Of a stretch of DNA of 64,000 bases, positions 44,901 through 58,777 are shown piece after piece. The stretch's first letter is position 1. Each line of letters begins with the position of its first letter. The position numbers and the translations under genes were made by a program. The notes beneath the pieces are model-generated. The model worked only from the letters and a program-made list of their open reading frames with translations, searched no databases and was not told the origin of the DNA. Origin of the DNA: Chrysomallon squamiferum (lineage: Eukaryota > Animalia > Mollusca); contig CM022676.1 of the NCBI GenBank assembly GCA_012295275.1, positions 2,046,001-2,110,000 of the forward strand, written 5' to 3'.

Positions 44901-47900
44901 AAGCTAATTCTTATCCAAACGCTACTTCCAATCGTGACCCTCAAATTATTTTCCACGTAAAGATAATCTTCACAATTTAAATAAACCTAACTCTAACACT
45001 AACGCTAAGCCAATCTCAAATTCTAAGCCTAATCCTACCATAGTTTCTAAGTTTAATTCTGATCCTAACGCTACTTCGAATTGTACCCTCAAATAATTCT
45101 GGACATTATGATGCCCGTCGTAATATAACTTAAATAGCCTTCGCTCTAAACTTATCCCTAATCCTAAACCTAACCCTAACCCTAATCCTAACCCGAATAT
45201 GAAATTCTAAACCTAATCCTAGGCAAGTTTCCAAGGTTAATCCTTTTCCTAACGCTTCTTCAAATCGAGCCCCTGGAATTATTTTGCACACTATGATAAC
45301 CGTCGTAATACCGTTTAAATAACCCTAGCTCTAACCATATCTGTAACCTAATGCTAACCCTAATACAAACTCATATTGCAAACGTAATCCTACGCCAGTT
45401 TCTGAGTTTAAAATTATACTAACGCTACTTCGAATCGTGATCCACAAATTACGTTGGGTATTATTATAACATTCGTAATACAATTTGAAAAAAAAAAAAA
45501 AAAAACTAGCTCTAAACCTATCCATAACCTTTACATTAACATTAACCCTAATCCAATATCAAATTCTAAACATAAGCCAGTACAAGTTTCCAAGGTTAGT
45601 TCTAATCTGAACGCTAATTCGAATTGTGACCCTAAATTATATTGTATATTATGATAAAATTCTTAATACAAGTAAAATAACCCTAGTTCTAAACCTAATC
45701 CTAAACCTAATCTAATATCAAATTCTAGACCTAATCCTACGCAAGCTTTCATGTTTAATTCTTCTCCTAAAGCAACTTCGAAACGTGACCCTCAAATTAT
45801 TTTGGACATTGTGATAACCAGCTGAATACAGTAAGGCTAGATCTAACCCTAAGACTAACCCTAACCCTAAACCTAACCGTAATCCTAATCCAATCTCAAA
45901 TAGTAGACATAATCCTTCGCATGTTTCCCAGGTAAATTCTTATGCTAAAACTACTACAAATAGTGACCCTCAAATTATTTCGAACATTATGATAACCTTC
46001 ATAATACAATTTAAAACAGCCAAGCATTAACCCTTACCCTAACCCTAACCATAATGCAATCTCAAATTCTAAACCGAATCCAACGCAAGTTTCTAGGGAT
46101 AATTTTTATTCTAAAGCTACATCGAAACGTGACCTTTAAATTAGTTTGGACATTATGATAACCAACGTAGTACAATTTAAAAAAGACAAGCATTAAATGT
46201 AATCCTAAACCGAACCCTAACATTAAACCTAACCCTAACCATAACTATAATCCAATATCAAATTCTAAACTGAATTCTATCAAGATACCTAAGCTAATTG
46301 TTATCCTAAATCTATTTCCAGTCTTCCAATTGAAATTATTTTGGATATTATGATAACCTTAGTAATACAAGTTAAATAACTATAGTTCTAACCTTAACCC
46401 TAACCGTAACCCTAACTCGAATCCTAATTCTAATCTTAATGCAAACTCAAATACTAAACAATGTTTCCAGGGATAATTCTTATTCTAACGCTACTTAGAA
46501 AAGTGACCATCAAATTAGTTGGGACATTATGAAAACCTTCGTAATACAATTTAAATAAGCCAAACATTAACCCTAACCCTAACCCTAAAACTAACCCTAA
46601 TCCAATCTCAAATTCTAAGCCGAATTATTTCAAAGTTTCGTAGGATAATTCTTATCCTAAAGCTATTTCCAATCGTCTCTCTTAAATTATATTGCACATT
46701 ATCATAACCTTCGTAATACAAGTTAACCCTAACACTAACGCTAACCCTAAAACTAATCAAATTTCAAATACTAAACCGAATTCTTCGAAAGTTTCCACTT
46801 TAATTCTACTCATAAAGGTATTTCCAATGGTCTCTCTGAAATTATTTTTCTCATTATTGTAACATTCGCAATATAAATTACACAACTCTAGGTCTAACCC
46901 TAACCGTTACCCTAACCCTAACCCTAACCCTAACCCTAACCCTAACACTAACCCTAACCCTAACCCTAACCCTAACCCTAACCCTAACCCTAACCCTAAC
47001 TCTAACCCTAACCCTAACCCTAATACAATCTCAAATTCTAAGCCGAATTCTATGCAAGATTCCAATGTTAATTCTTATCCTAAAGCTATTTCTAATCGTG
47101 CCCGTCACATTATTTTCGACATTATGATAACCTTCGTAATACAATATAAGAAAGCCAAGCATTACCCTAACCCTAACCTTGACCCTAACCCTAACCCTGT
47201 CACTAACCCTAACCCTAATGCAATCTCAAATTTTAAACAGAATTATACGCGTTTCCATGTATAAATCCTACTCTAATCTGCTTCGAAACGTGACCCTCAA
47301 ATTATTTGGGACATTATGAAAACCTTCATAATATAATACTAACCCTAGTCTTAACCCTAAACCTAATTCTAACCCAAACCCTAACCCGAACCGTAACCCT
47401 GACCCTGACCCTGACCATAACCCTAACCCTAATACAATCGGAAATTCTAAACAGAATCCAACGCGTTTCCAGGGATAATTCTTATTCTAACGCTACTTCG
47501 AAACGTGACCCTCAGATTATTTTGGACATAATGATAAACTTCGTAATACAATTTAATAAAGGGAAATATTAACCCTAACCCTAACCCTAACGTTAACCCT
47601 AAGTGAATCTCAAATTCTAAACCGAATTCTGTGCGTTTCATGGGTTAATTCTGATCCCAAATCTATTTCCAATCGTGCCCCTCAAATTATATTCCACATT
47701 ATGATAACCTTCCTAATACAAGTTAAATAACCTAGATCTAACCTTAACCCTAACCCTAACCCTAATGTAATCTCAAATTTTAAACCGAATCATACGCGTT
47801 TCCAGGGATAATTATTATTCTAACGCTACTTCGAAACGTGACCCTCATATTATTTTGGACATAATGATAACCTTCGTAACACAACAAAAAATCAGCGAAA

Positions 47901-50148
47901 TATTAACCCTAACCCTAACCTTAACCCTAACCCTAACCCTAACCCTAATGCAATCTCAAATTCTATACCGAATTCTGCGCGTTTCCAGGTATAATTCTTA
48001 TTCTATCGCTTCTTCTAAACGTGACCCTCGAATCATTTTGGACATTACGAAAACCTTCTTAATGCAATTTAAATAAGGCAAACCTTAATCCTAACCCTAA
48101 CCCTAACCTTAACCCTAACCCTAAGCCTAACCCTAATCTTAACCCTGACCCTAATGTAATCTCAAATTCTAAGCCGAATTGTTTGCGAGTTTTCAAGGTT
48201 AATTCTTCTCCTAACGCCATTTCCAATCGTCTCATTCAAATTATTGTGGAAATTATGATAACCTTCGAAATACAATTTAAATAAAACAAGTATTAACTCT
48301 AACCCTAATCAAATCTCAAATTCAAAACCGAATTATATGCGTTTCCAGGATTGATTATTATGCTAAATTATTTCCGATCGAGACCCTCAAATTATTTTGT
48401 CCATTATGATATCTTTCGTAATACAAGTTAAGTAAACCTTGCTATAACCCTAACCCTAACCCAAACCCTAACCCTAACCCTAACCCTAACCCTAACCCTA
48501 ACCCAAACCATAACCATAACCTTAATCCTAAACCTAATCCAATCTCAAATACTAAACAGAATTCTACGCAAGTTTCCAAGGTTAATTTTTATCCTAACGC
48601 TAATTCGAATCCTCTCCCTCAAATTATTTTGAACATTATGATACCCTTCGTAATACATGTTAAATAACCGTAGCTCTAACCCTAACTTTAACCCTTACCC
48701 TATACCTAATCCAATCACAACGTCTAACTCGAATTCTATGCTGTTTTCCAAGGTTAATTCTTATCATAAAGCTATTTCCAATCGTGCACCTCATATTATT
48801 TTGCACATTATGATAACCTTCGTAATACTAGGTAAGTAAACCTAGCTCTAACACATACCCTAACACTAACCTAAACCCTAACCAAACCCTAACCCTAACC
48901 CTAACCCTAATCCAATCTCAAATTGTAAACCGAATTCTATGCAAGTTTCGAAAGTTAATTCTTATCCTAAAGCTATTTCCAATCGTTCCCCTCAAATTAT
49001 TTTGCACATTATTATACATTTCGTAATACAAGTAGAATAACCCCAGCTGTAACCCTAACCCTAACAATAACTAATCTTAACTCAAATTAACCCTATAACA
49101 ATTTTAATCCTTCTCCTTTTTCAAATTCTAAACCTAATCCTGAAAAATTATATGCTATCTTTCTAAGGTTCAAATTTCTACGCAAGTTTTATCTTAATCC
49201 AACGCTACTTCCTATCATGACGTCCAAATTATTTTGGACATTTTGAAAACGTTTGTAATACAATTTAAATCATAATAGAATTCAAATAACCCTAGGTCTA
49301 AAACCCTAACCCCTACCCTAACCCTAACCCTAACCCACCCTATATCACTCTCAGATTCAAAAACCTAATCCTACACAATTTTGCAAGATTATTTCCTATC
49401 CTAGAGTTAATTCCAATCGTGACCTTCAAATTTTTTTTATGACATTATGATAACAATTTTAAAAGAAAATAAAGCTAATCCTAGCTCTAAGGGTAACCCT
49501 AATCCCACTAATCCATTCTCAAATTCTAACCCTAACACTAACCCTAAGGTTAATTCTAATCCTAACACTAACCCTATCCCTAATCCAAAATTTTGGACAT
49601 TTTTAAATCTAATCCTAGAATTCAAATAACCCTAGGTTTAATTGTTACCCCTAACCCTAACGCTATCAGATTCAAAACATTAATCCTCAGTTCATTTTGC
49701 AAGATTATTTCATGACAAGAGTTAATAAAATTTAAATCAAATTGTTTTCGACATTATGATAACCTTAACAAGAAAATTTAAGTAATCTCCAGCTCTAAAC
49801 CTAATGGCAAGTCCTAAACTTTATTTCTAACCCTAAACTAAACTAATCCCTAACCCTTACCCTAATCAAATCCATCAAATTTTAACCCTAATCCTGTAAC
49901 CCTTCAGCTTTAATCCTAACCCTAACAGTAACCTTCAAATCGTAACCTTCAATTTATGTTAACCCTATCATGACAACCGTAATAAAATTTAAATAGCCTT
50001 AACCTAACTCTACCTTAAGTTAACATCAACCTTAACCCTAATCCTGACCGAAACCGAAACCATAACACTAACCGTAAACCTAACCGAAGCCGAAACTTTA
50101 ACACTAACCGTAATCCTAACTAAGTTTAATCCTAACCCGAATAACCCT
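41990..50148. repeat. Telomere-derived satellite: ~142-bp core plus variable (TAACCC)n, roughly 40-45 units
   Basis: Core AATCCAATCTCAAATTCTAAACCTAATCCTACGCAAGTTTCCAAGGTTAATTCTTATCCTAACGCTACTTCGAATCGTGACCCTCAAATTATTTTGGACATTATGATAACCTTCGTAATACAATTTAAATAACCCTAGCTCT alternates with about 1-19 hexamers. Units are scrambled after ~49060. Confidence 0.92.
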
Positions 50149-50167
50149 GTTTTTTTTTTTTTGTTAG

Positions 50168-50600
50168 TTTCGTGTAAAGCCAAGTTCAACGAGGCACTGT
50201 GGCTGGTCTTCTCTATCTGTAGGATATGGAAAATCTTGAGGAGATTTGTGTGAAATATTTGGAGACGACGATTAGAGCAGAAACTGCGTGCATAGTAATG
50301 GAGCAAGCTCGCTGTTTTGAAGAGAAGACTCTGAAGAAAGCTGCTTTGACCTGCATAGAACAGAATGGTGATGTCGCTCTGAAATCTCCCGGCTTTATTC
50401 AGCTGTGTCGCCGCTGCTTGATTGAGATTATTCAGTCAGACGAACTAAGGGTAAATGAAGAGGTCGTGTTTGAGTCTGTTTTAGCGTGGAGCAAGTCAGC
50501 GTGTAAGAGTCACGGAAACAAGTTCGATTTTGAGAACAGAAGAGCAGTCCTGGGAGATGCTGTGTGGCTCGTCAGGTATCCATTATTGTCTCAGAAGTAT
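50168..50600 (+). pseudogene. BTB-BACK exon-2 fragment, close paralog of the 59.5-kb copy; no exon 1 and no PHR
   Basis: Acceptor TTAG|TTTCGTGTA, then small deletions, then LEEICVKYLE..EEVVFESVLAW..VWLVRYPLLSQKY, cut off by a TA/TAGA microsatellite. Confidence 0.85.
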
Positions 50601-50642
<42 letters not shown>

Positions 50643-51099
50643 GATAGATATTAAATTAAAAACAATTACAATTAAAATTTTAGAAATAAATACAATCGAA
50701 AAACAAAAAAAAACAAAAATAAAAGAAACATCCTTTCAAAAAGAATTAAAATATTTTAAACCATTTCCGCACGTTTTATTGAATCGATTCGTAAATCCTT
50801 CGGAAACGTAACTTTATACAGGCGTGTTATTTAGAAAATTATGTAGGGACTAAAATGTATTTCAGACTTTGGCTTTCCCTGTAAGCTATGACGAGATGTG
50901 CTGATATTGGATGTTTTCATAGTAGTCTATAAGTTAAAATGTTGTTTTTTCATGATTTTTACAAATATTACTAACCATTAACATATTTTGTGTTTGGTCG
51001 ACATACTATTTCTTTTTTTTTTTTTTTTTTTCACTTAAATGCATGTTAGTAAATCACAACATTTTGGAATCACTTGCTAGGTTCGTTCGGATTCAGTTC

Positions 51100-52130
51100 T
51101 GTTCTGTTCGCTGCTGAATGCAGAGTTATAATTTATATTACGTTAAACGTGTTTGCTGCATCCAGAGTTTTCTAATTCTCTGACGCTTTCAGATTTAATT
51201 TGCCTTTGGAACACTCGATTTCGGCGTACAAAACTGAACTGAACAGGCCTTATTAAACTTTTCTTTGCTACTCGAATTTCTGTAAAACCTAATAACTTGA
51301 GATTTAACAATATCTGTAAATGAAGAGCATGAAATGATTTACATTTGCAGTTGGTGGGTGTTTGTGCTTTTAACAATACTTTATGATCAAAATAATTTGG
51401 TTTTTCAAATTGTATACCTGTATATATTATTACATCCCAAAAGTCTCCAGTCTAATCTGATCTTTAAGTTCTATATTATCATTCTGTCAGTTGAATAAAC
51501 CGTTGATTGTCTAACATATTTGTAAGTTGTAACGATCTCACGATTTATCTTTTGAAGGATGTGGTTTTGTGTGAAGGCTAATTTTTCTCCAGCTGATTTT
51601 CTAAAGTAACCGGCTAATTTCATGTTACGTCCGTTATCGAGAAGTGATTCTAAACCAGTCTTGGGTTGCGGGTTGGGATCAAAATTAAAGCCACGGTCCA
51701 AAGGTGGTTGTTCATGTTTCTTAACAGGTTTATGCTAGTTGAACGATTTTAGTCTTTACAGTTCATTTCTATATTTAGAAAACACACTGTGTCGGTATTT
51801 ATAAAATTTAGAAGGCTAAACATTGATATAATGAGATATGTCATAGCATCGGCGAACAATTTTGCTAGTTGATTAACGTTCATAGTAGAGCGTGGTAGAA
51901 ATCGCGTGGTAGCCTTTGAATTTGATATTTACACTGGGTAGTAATCGACAGTGATGACAGACCCCGATTTCGTCTATTTGCATAGATAATACCAAATTTG
52001 TGGATGGGATTATTAATTCTATTTTTTTGATATACCTAGAAACAAAATTTAAAAAAATCGGTATCATACATTCCGATAGTTTAGTTGTTATTTTTTTCTA
52101 CCCCACTTTATCGCATTGCATTTACATCGA
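51100..52130 (-). mobile_element. Possible fossil Penelope-like retroelement fragment (second copy at ~61200-62420)
   Basis: Minus-strand peptides LDRGFNFDPNP (51.7 kb) and KDEKSVLD*GFNFDP (61.8 kb) resemble the E..VLSKGLNF.P motif found upstream of the RT in Penelope-like elements. Otherwise heavily decayed. Confidence 0.3.
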
Positions 52131-52307
52131 TCTAAACGAGATTTATTTATTTAACTAAAACATTTTAATCTAATTTAGGAATGCTAGATTGTGATATAAT
52201 AACAAACACTGTTATGCTGTGAAATAATAATAAACAATAATAATATCTTCATCATCTTTCTTATTATTAATGTTACTACTGCTACTATTACTATTCCACC
52301 TAATACA

Positions 52308-52683
<376 letters not shown>

Positions 52684-52799
52684 TTTTATCTGTCCTGAAG
52701 AGAACCAGTTCAAATTCTCGGTTCCATAATTATTGATTATATATATATATTTTAATTATTAATAATATTTATATATTTAAGAAATTTGTTCTCATTCTT

Positions 52800-52910
52800 C
52801 TTAAATATTTAACTGATATTCGTTTAGTTATTCTTTATAAATATTTCAACTGAAACAGAAACTAAGTTTTACTTTTGTGATTTCTCAGAAAGTCTGTTGT
52901 GTACAAGGAA

Positions 52911-52942
<32 letters not shown>

Positions 52943-52980
52943 GTGAAATACTAGCAACGGAACGATACAGATAGCGTAAA
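52800..52980 (+). promoter_or_regulatory. Far-upstream ISRE/GAS module of BTB copy 4, splice donor mutated
   Basis: GAAACAGAAACT at 52852-52863, TTCTCAGAA at 52882-52890, AGGAAGT, poly-T expansion, donor reads CAG|ATAGCG. Confidence 0.5.
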
Positions 52981-53844
52981 TTCCGATATATTTTATTACT
53001 CTATTTAAATAATATGGACTTCATAAGAATTATCACTTATTCACACACACAAACTCATACGCATTAAATATCTCTAAAGATTAGATTTTTTATATTAATC
53101 AAATAATTTATCAAATAATCAGTTGAAACCAGTAATATAACAAACCAAAGCAAATGATGAGACTGCTAAACAAACAGTGAACAAATAAGACGTGAAATTG
53201 TCACGTGACACTTCTTAACATTACGTTACACTCAGCGATATTGAAAATGTCAAAGGACTTTGTCTCCAGAACATTGGGTTGAAAATAACATTATCTGTGT
53301 AAACCTTTCCATTCGCAGACGTATTAACTGTTCATGAAGAAGTCGTAACATGAAGTTCTAGAACGTAATTACTATGTTAAAATAAAAACAGTTTTATAAA
53401 TCTTCATAAGTAGAATCGTTAATTGCACGCAGAATAAATACGTCCGGTCTGGCTTTTCATTCTGTTTCCGTTAAGAAAGATTTTTAAATCATTTTTTATT
53501 TACATTCGCCAAATATGATGATGACGATGAGGTACACAAAATTACGCTTAGTATATTTGCAACTTTTTCACGAAACTAATCATTCTTCAACAAATATTAA
53601 TCATGCACATGCAGTAAGAAATTTTTCCTATTTATTAAAAGAAAATAGGAAATTTACAGTTCATGGATTAAAAAACTCGTAAATGAACATTACGACTAAA
53701 CTGTGTTAAATAAACATTACGACAAAGCTGTGTTTGTTAGTACTGTGTATTGACACTTATGAATTGTCCTGAGTTTATGCCAACACGTTAACATTGTCAC
53801 CAGTGAAAAATAATTTAGTGAACGATATATTCATTGATTTGTTC

Positions 53845-54105
53845 TCTAGAGTTATCTCTCTTGATATGAACCGGGTCAAAGCTATTTTAGGTGAAATACT
53901 CGTTTCGATAATTATTTATTAGATATCATTATAATTTATTATTTTATTAGGAATATTTTTTTCTTATTATTCACAAATATTTCACTGACAGTTCCTTTAG
54001 TTATTGTTTATTAATATCTCAGCTGAAACAGAAACTAAGGTTTCTCGGAAAAAGCTGTCGTGAACAAGGAAGTAATTTGAGAATCGAAACACTGCAGGTA
54101 ATTAC
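53845..54105 (+). promoter_or_regulatory. Promoter / first exon of BTB copy 4 (ISRE, GAS, ETS, donor)
   Basis: GAAACAGAAACT at 54025-54036, TTCTCGGAA at 54042-54050, CAAGGAAGT at 54065-54073, donor CAG|GTAATT at 54097/54098; acceptor TTTCAG|GT at ~54895 before the ATG. Confidence 0.65.
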
Positions 54106-54652
54106 TGATATATTTTATTTCGATCAAGTAATAGCTATATTTTCTGCTGTCACGTTTGTTTTAGATATTTATTAATACAACCAGTAACGTTATTTTTATA
54201 AATTGGTTTTATATTTTGAGTTTAAAACTGATATACTTCAAAGAAATGTGTATTTAGGTCACGCCATCATAGTTGTGTCACAGAGGTTATTTAATAAAAA
54301 CGTTATTCAGAAATAAAGATCAGTTACGTTGTATAGTTCGAAATTCTCACTTATAAAGAGTTGATCAAACTGAATCTGTTGATTTTTTATTTTATTTTTA
54401 TTATATTATTATTATTTATTTATTTTTAAATATGAAGAAAAATTGACCCGATTATGTACTTTTTAACAGCAGAGGAAAGGGTATTTTTCTGGGTATGTTA
54501 TATTTGTATCACCTACCGTAAAACCAGACAGGTAAATGAAATTAACATATACCTAGTGGAAAAGTCGCGTTGCTCTGATGTTTCCTTTTGTGTAAATTAA
54601 AACAGCACAGCAACAATAACAAATTCATCAGCATCAAGAAATACGACAAAAA

Positions 54653-54704
<52 letters not shown>

Positions 54705-54918
54705 TAATAACAATAATAAAAATCACAATAATGACTGTATGAATGCGTGTATGTATGTTAAATATCTATGTGTTTATATATGATAGTACGTGGTTTTGTG
54801 TGTATGTATTTAGTTGTGGATATGAATGTGTGTCTGTATGTAGTTCTGTGTTGGTTTATGTATGTATATTTGTGTACAAATATGTTCTCTTTCAGGTTTT
54901 AAATATCAACTAAATAAA

Positions 54919-55325
54919 ATGGCAACAGAAGGAACGTCTGGTTTCACTGACAAGTGGCAAAAAGGAAAGTCGGTCACGGAATGTCTGAGATTTTCTCTGC
55001 AAAACAAAATTCTCTGTGACGTCATTTTCATTGTTGGACAAGAACGGAAACGTATAGAGGCTCACAGACTGATTCTGAGTCTGCGGAGTTCTGTATTCTT
55101 CGCCATGATGACAGGATTGTTACCAGAACAAGGCGATATTTCCATACCAGACATCGAACCTGACATTTTTGAAGCATTTCTAACGTAAGATAATTTTATT
55201 CTTGCAAACACGACTTTCTTAACTTTCTTATTTTTAAGGTATTACTCGTTCTTTAGTTACACAAAAAAAAAAATATTGTTTCGTCTTCACTATCATCATC
55301 AGCATCATCATTATTGATGTTGTTG

Positions 55326-55380
<55 letters not shown>

Positions 55381-56746
55381 TTAAATAAAATGTTTTGTCA
55401 GTTGTCTTCATTAGAATTGAAGTATTTTAGTAAGCATAATCGTTATTTTAAAATAATCAACAAAATATAATGCAGCTATGACTTCTATCTAGTGTATATT
55501 TACATATAATGTTAGTACTGGAACATTCACTAGCGTCTGAGGCAGGAATATTCATCCTATAAAACTTACAAAAAGATCCAGTGACTATTCAAACATCACT
55601 ATCCTGACAAACGCACACACACACGGACGCAGATTGCTGTAGATAAGACAAGGTACATGGCAATACTAGTAGTTATAATAATTGTTAATTACAGAACTCA
55701 GGTTTTCCAAATAGTTAAATTAAAACAACGTTACTAAGTTAATCTCTTTCGTTACAGATTCATATACACTGATGACGTCATCATTACTGTCAGCAACGTC
55801 ATTGGGTTACTCTATGCCTCTAAAAAATACGAGATCACAGATCTGACAGACAAATGTTTGGCCTACATAGAGTCGTTTCTGACGTCACGTGACGTATGTG
55901 TTGTTCTAGAACAGGCCCATCTGTATACTGAAGAGGACTTGATGGAGAAATGTCTGACATTTATTTGGAAGAATGGTGACGACGTGTTGAAGTCGGATAG
56001 TTTCTCTGATCTGTGTAGTGATTGTTTCAGAAAGATCATCGAGACTGATGAGAACAGGAGACCCATCCATTGTGGAGCGATTAACTGCAGACAAGAAGGA
56101 AGGAGATAAGCAAGAAGGAAGGGAGAAAACAGACGCCAGATATCTGATTCGTTTTAATGGATCCCATTCAAAACAGCTTTTGACAGAGTCTGAGGAAAAG
56201 ACAATACTGAATTTTGATTTGGATTCATCAAATGATATTTCACCATTCAATGCACAGAAAAGAAAGAATACATCTAACATCAGAATTAGCCGATTTCCAT
56301 GGTTTTCAAGAATTGATATGCTGCGTAGTGGTAACATTGATGAAGGCATCGTTTTCAAAGTAAATATGGTGGCATCACTGCTTGGATTTGAACTGTATGG
56401 AAACCCAGACGGAGGCCTATTTGCTGTCAGTGCTTTTGTCTGTGATTTGACCAACGACTGCGTGCTTCCCGATTCTTTCTTGTACACAGAAATAAATTCC
56501 AGTGATGAAACGTTTTTGGTAAAATTTTCGAATCCTCTGTTGTTAGCAAAAGACAGGGAGTACAAACTGACAGTTAGAATCAAAGGTAAAACCGTCTTTG
56601 AAGGCAGAAGTGGGAAGAATGTTGTTGAAGTCGATTCGTTCAAATGTTCATTCAGCCTCTGCAAGGAATGTGAACACAGTGGACCAAGTGGTAATCGCAC
56701 ATCTGTTATGTTTGGACAGATTCCTGTTTTAATGTTTGTAAACTGA
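54919..56746 (+). pseudogene. BTB-BACK-PHR copy 4, disrupted at 56045-56175 (pseudogene or local consensus error)
   Basis: Exon 54919-55184 and exon 2 from 55758 are in frame to RKIIETDE. A stretch with several deletions and a stop at 56109 follows, then an open, divergent PHR ending FGQIPVLMFVN at 56746. Confidence 0.8.
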
Positions 56747-57071
56747 GAATTTTCTCAGCTGGAGCTAGACGCTAAGTGTACATTAATGAACACTGGGAAA
56801 AGAAGATCGATATGAACATAAATAACAACATAATATATACTTACAACTTAAGTTCATTTCTGAATAATAAACACTGTCCACGTATCATAATTAAACATTA
56901 ACTAGGATTATAATAAAACCAACGAGCAGATTATTCTTTTTGTCATGTACTAATAAGAGAAAATGTTAAATAATAATAAAAAGAAATTGCTACAGTAAAA
57001 CCATTGTTTCTTCTCATTTTGCAGATTTTCATGTTGGTCTATATGGGAGTGTGGATGTGTGTGTGTGTGTA

Positions 57072-57138
<67 letters not shown>

Positions 57139-57420
57139 TGACACATGTACATCATAATTTTTATTTGGCCTTCTGAACACAGCATAACACATAATAAACT
57201 TCACATGCAGCAGACATTTATATTGCTACAGTTTGACTTTTATTCACAACTTTGGAGATGTTCACTGTCACTCTTAGTGTCATAGTGGTCAAGACTATAG
57301 CATTAATTTTCAGTTACCGAGGTTACTTCCGTTGGTGGCTTCTACATTGAACACATTATTTAACTGAAATCTATAGATATAACATAAGATATGGAACAGG
57401 AACTAAAGAAATATAGGAAC

Positions 57421-57465
<45 letters not shown>

Positions 57466-57579
57466 ATTATTATTATCATCGTCATTAGTGTTGACATTCA
57501 CTTAATAATTCTAGAACACATTAAACTTGTAAGCAGTGAAAAATAATTTAGTGATCGATATTAATCATTCATTTACTCT

Positions 57580-57885
57580 CTACGGTTATCTCTTCTGAAA
57601 TAACCCAGGTCAAAGTCATCTTGGTTAAGTAGTCGTTTCAGTTATAATTAATAGCTATTTTTAAATTATTATTTATTATTTTATTTTTTTTTATAGCTAT
57701 GAAATTTTTGTCTAACTGTTCATAAACATTTCTTTCACAGATATTCGTTTAGTTACTGTTTGTAAATATACCAACTGAAACAGAAACTAGGTTTTACTCC
57801 TCTCATTTCTCGGAAAGACAGTTGTGTACGAGGAAGTGTTTTTAATTGTGAAATACTAGCGGCAGAACGATACAGGTAGGTGTAA
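57580..57885 (+). promoter_or_regulatory. Promoter / first exon of BTB copy 5 (ISRE, GAS, ETS, donor)
   Basis: AGGTCAAAGTCA at 57607-57618, GAAACAGAAACT at 57777-57788, TTCTCGGAA at 57807-57815, GAGGAAGT at 57830-57837, donor CAG|GTAGGT at 57875/57876. Confidence 0.65.
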
Positions 57886-58204
57886 ATACTGACATATTTT
57901 ATCACTATTAGTTATTTTATTACTTTTGAAATATTTGTGGAGTTAAATTCCCGGATATCGAGAAATAAACCACAAGGAGTTTGCTGTTGGCCGCACATGA
58001 AATCCACCCTTTAGGGTCATTTTACTGTACTTGAAATTAAATCAATATCTGCGGAATAACCTTTTACCCCTACAATCATTTACAGTAGTGTGGTGTGGCG
58101 TGTAGGAACTTTTATTCTCTGCGCAAACTGAACATTCAGAAAGCCTCAGCGATTCGATTAAGAATGCAGTTAATATCTTTAATTCGTGTATTAGAAATTC
58201 AGGG

Positions 58205-58245
<41 letters not shown>

Positions 58246-58777
58246 TTTGCATTATTGTTATTGTTCTTCACTTATTTATTTGTTTGGTTTTCATGATAAA
58301 CTGATGAAATTAATATTCAGTGCAACTCATGTTCTAACATACTTGTCGTTTGGTCGTTTTAGTTAGACCTGCTTTTCAGTTTAACAAATACTCCAAATAA
58401 TCTTGTTTGTTCTTTATTTTGTTTTTTCTTCTTCGTCTTCTTCATCTTTTTCATGAAGTTCGCACTTTCTTTAAGTACTAATGGTTTTTTATTCGTTTTG
58501 CTTGTCTGAATGATTTACGAGGGTCATTACCATGGATAAGTTAAAAATACTTCTAGAACAACAAGAATACAGAATGAAAAATATATCTACTAAGTCACTA
58601 ATTGGGATTTTATTTCGGAAATTTTAAAAAGGATGAACTGTAAAACTGGTTCTGGACGTGATGTGCATGAACTGTAGACAAACACCAGAATGGACATTCT
58701 GAAATCAGATCTTGTCGTGTAACTAGAGGTTCTCCTGTATAAATATATATTATTTTACATTTATTTACAGTTACGTC

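Noticed and set aside
41990-49060. Coding potential of the satellite core (NPISNSKPNP..RDPQIILDIMITFVIQFK*)
   Set aside because: Each unit ends in a stop, the 142-bp core shifts frame, and many copies carry indels or stops. Open frames are expected from AACCCT-derived sequence.
55906-56700. 264-aa minus-strand ORF (similarly 9499-9999, 16201-16656 and 869-1180)
   Set aside because: Antisense shadows of genuine coding frames.
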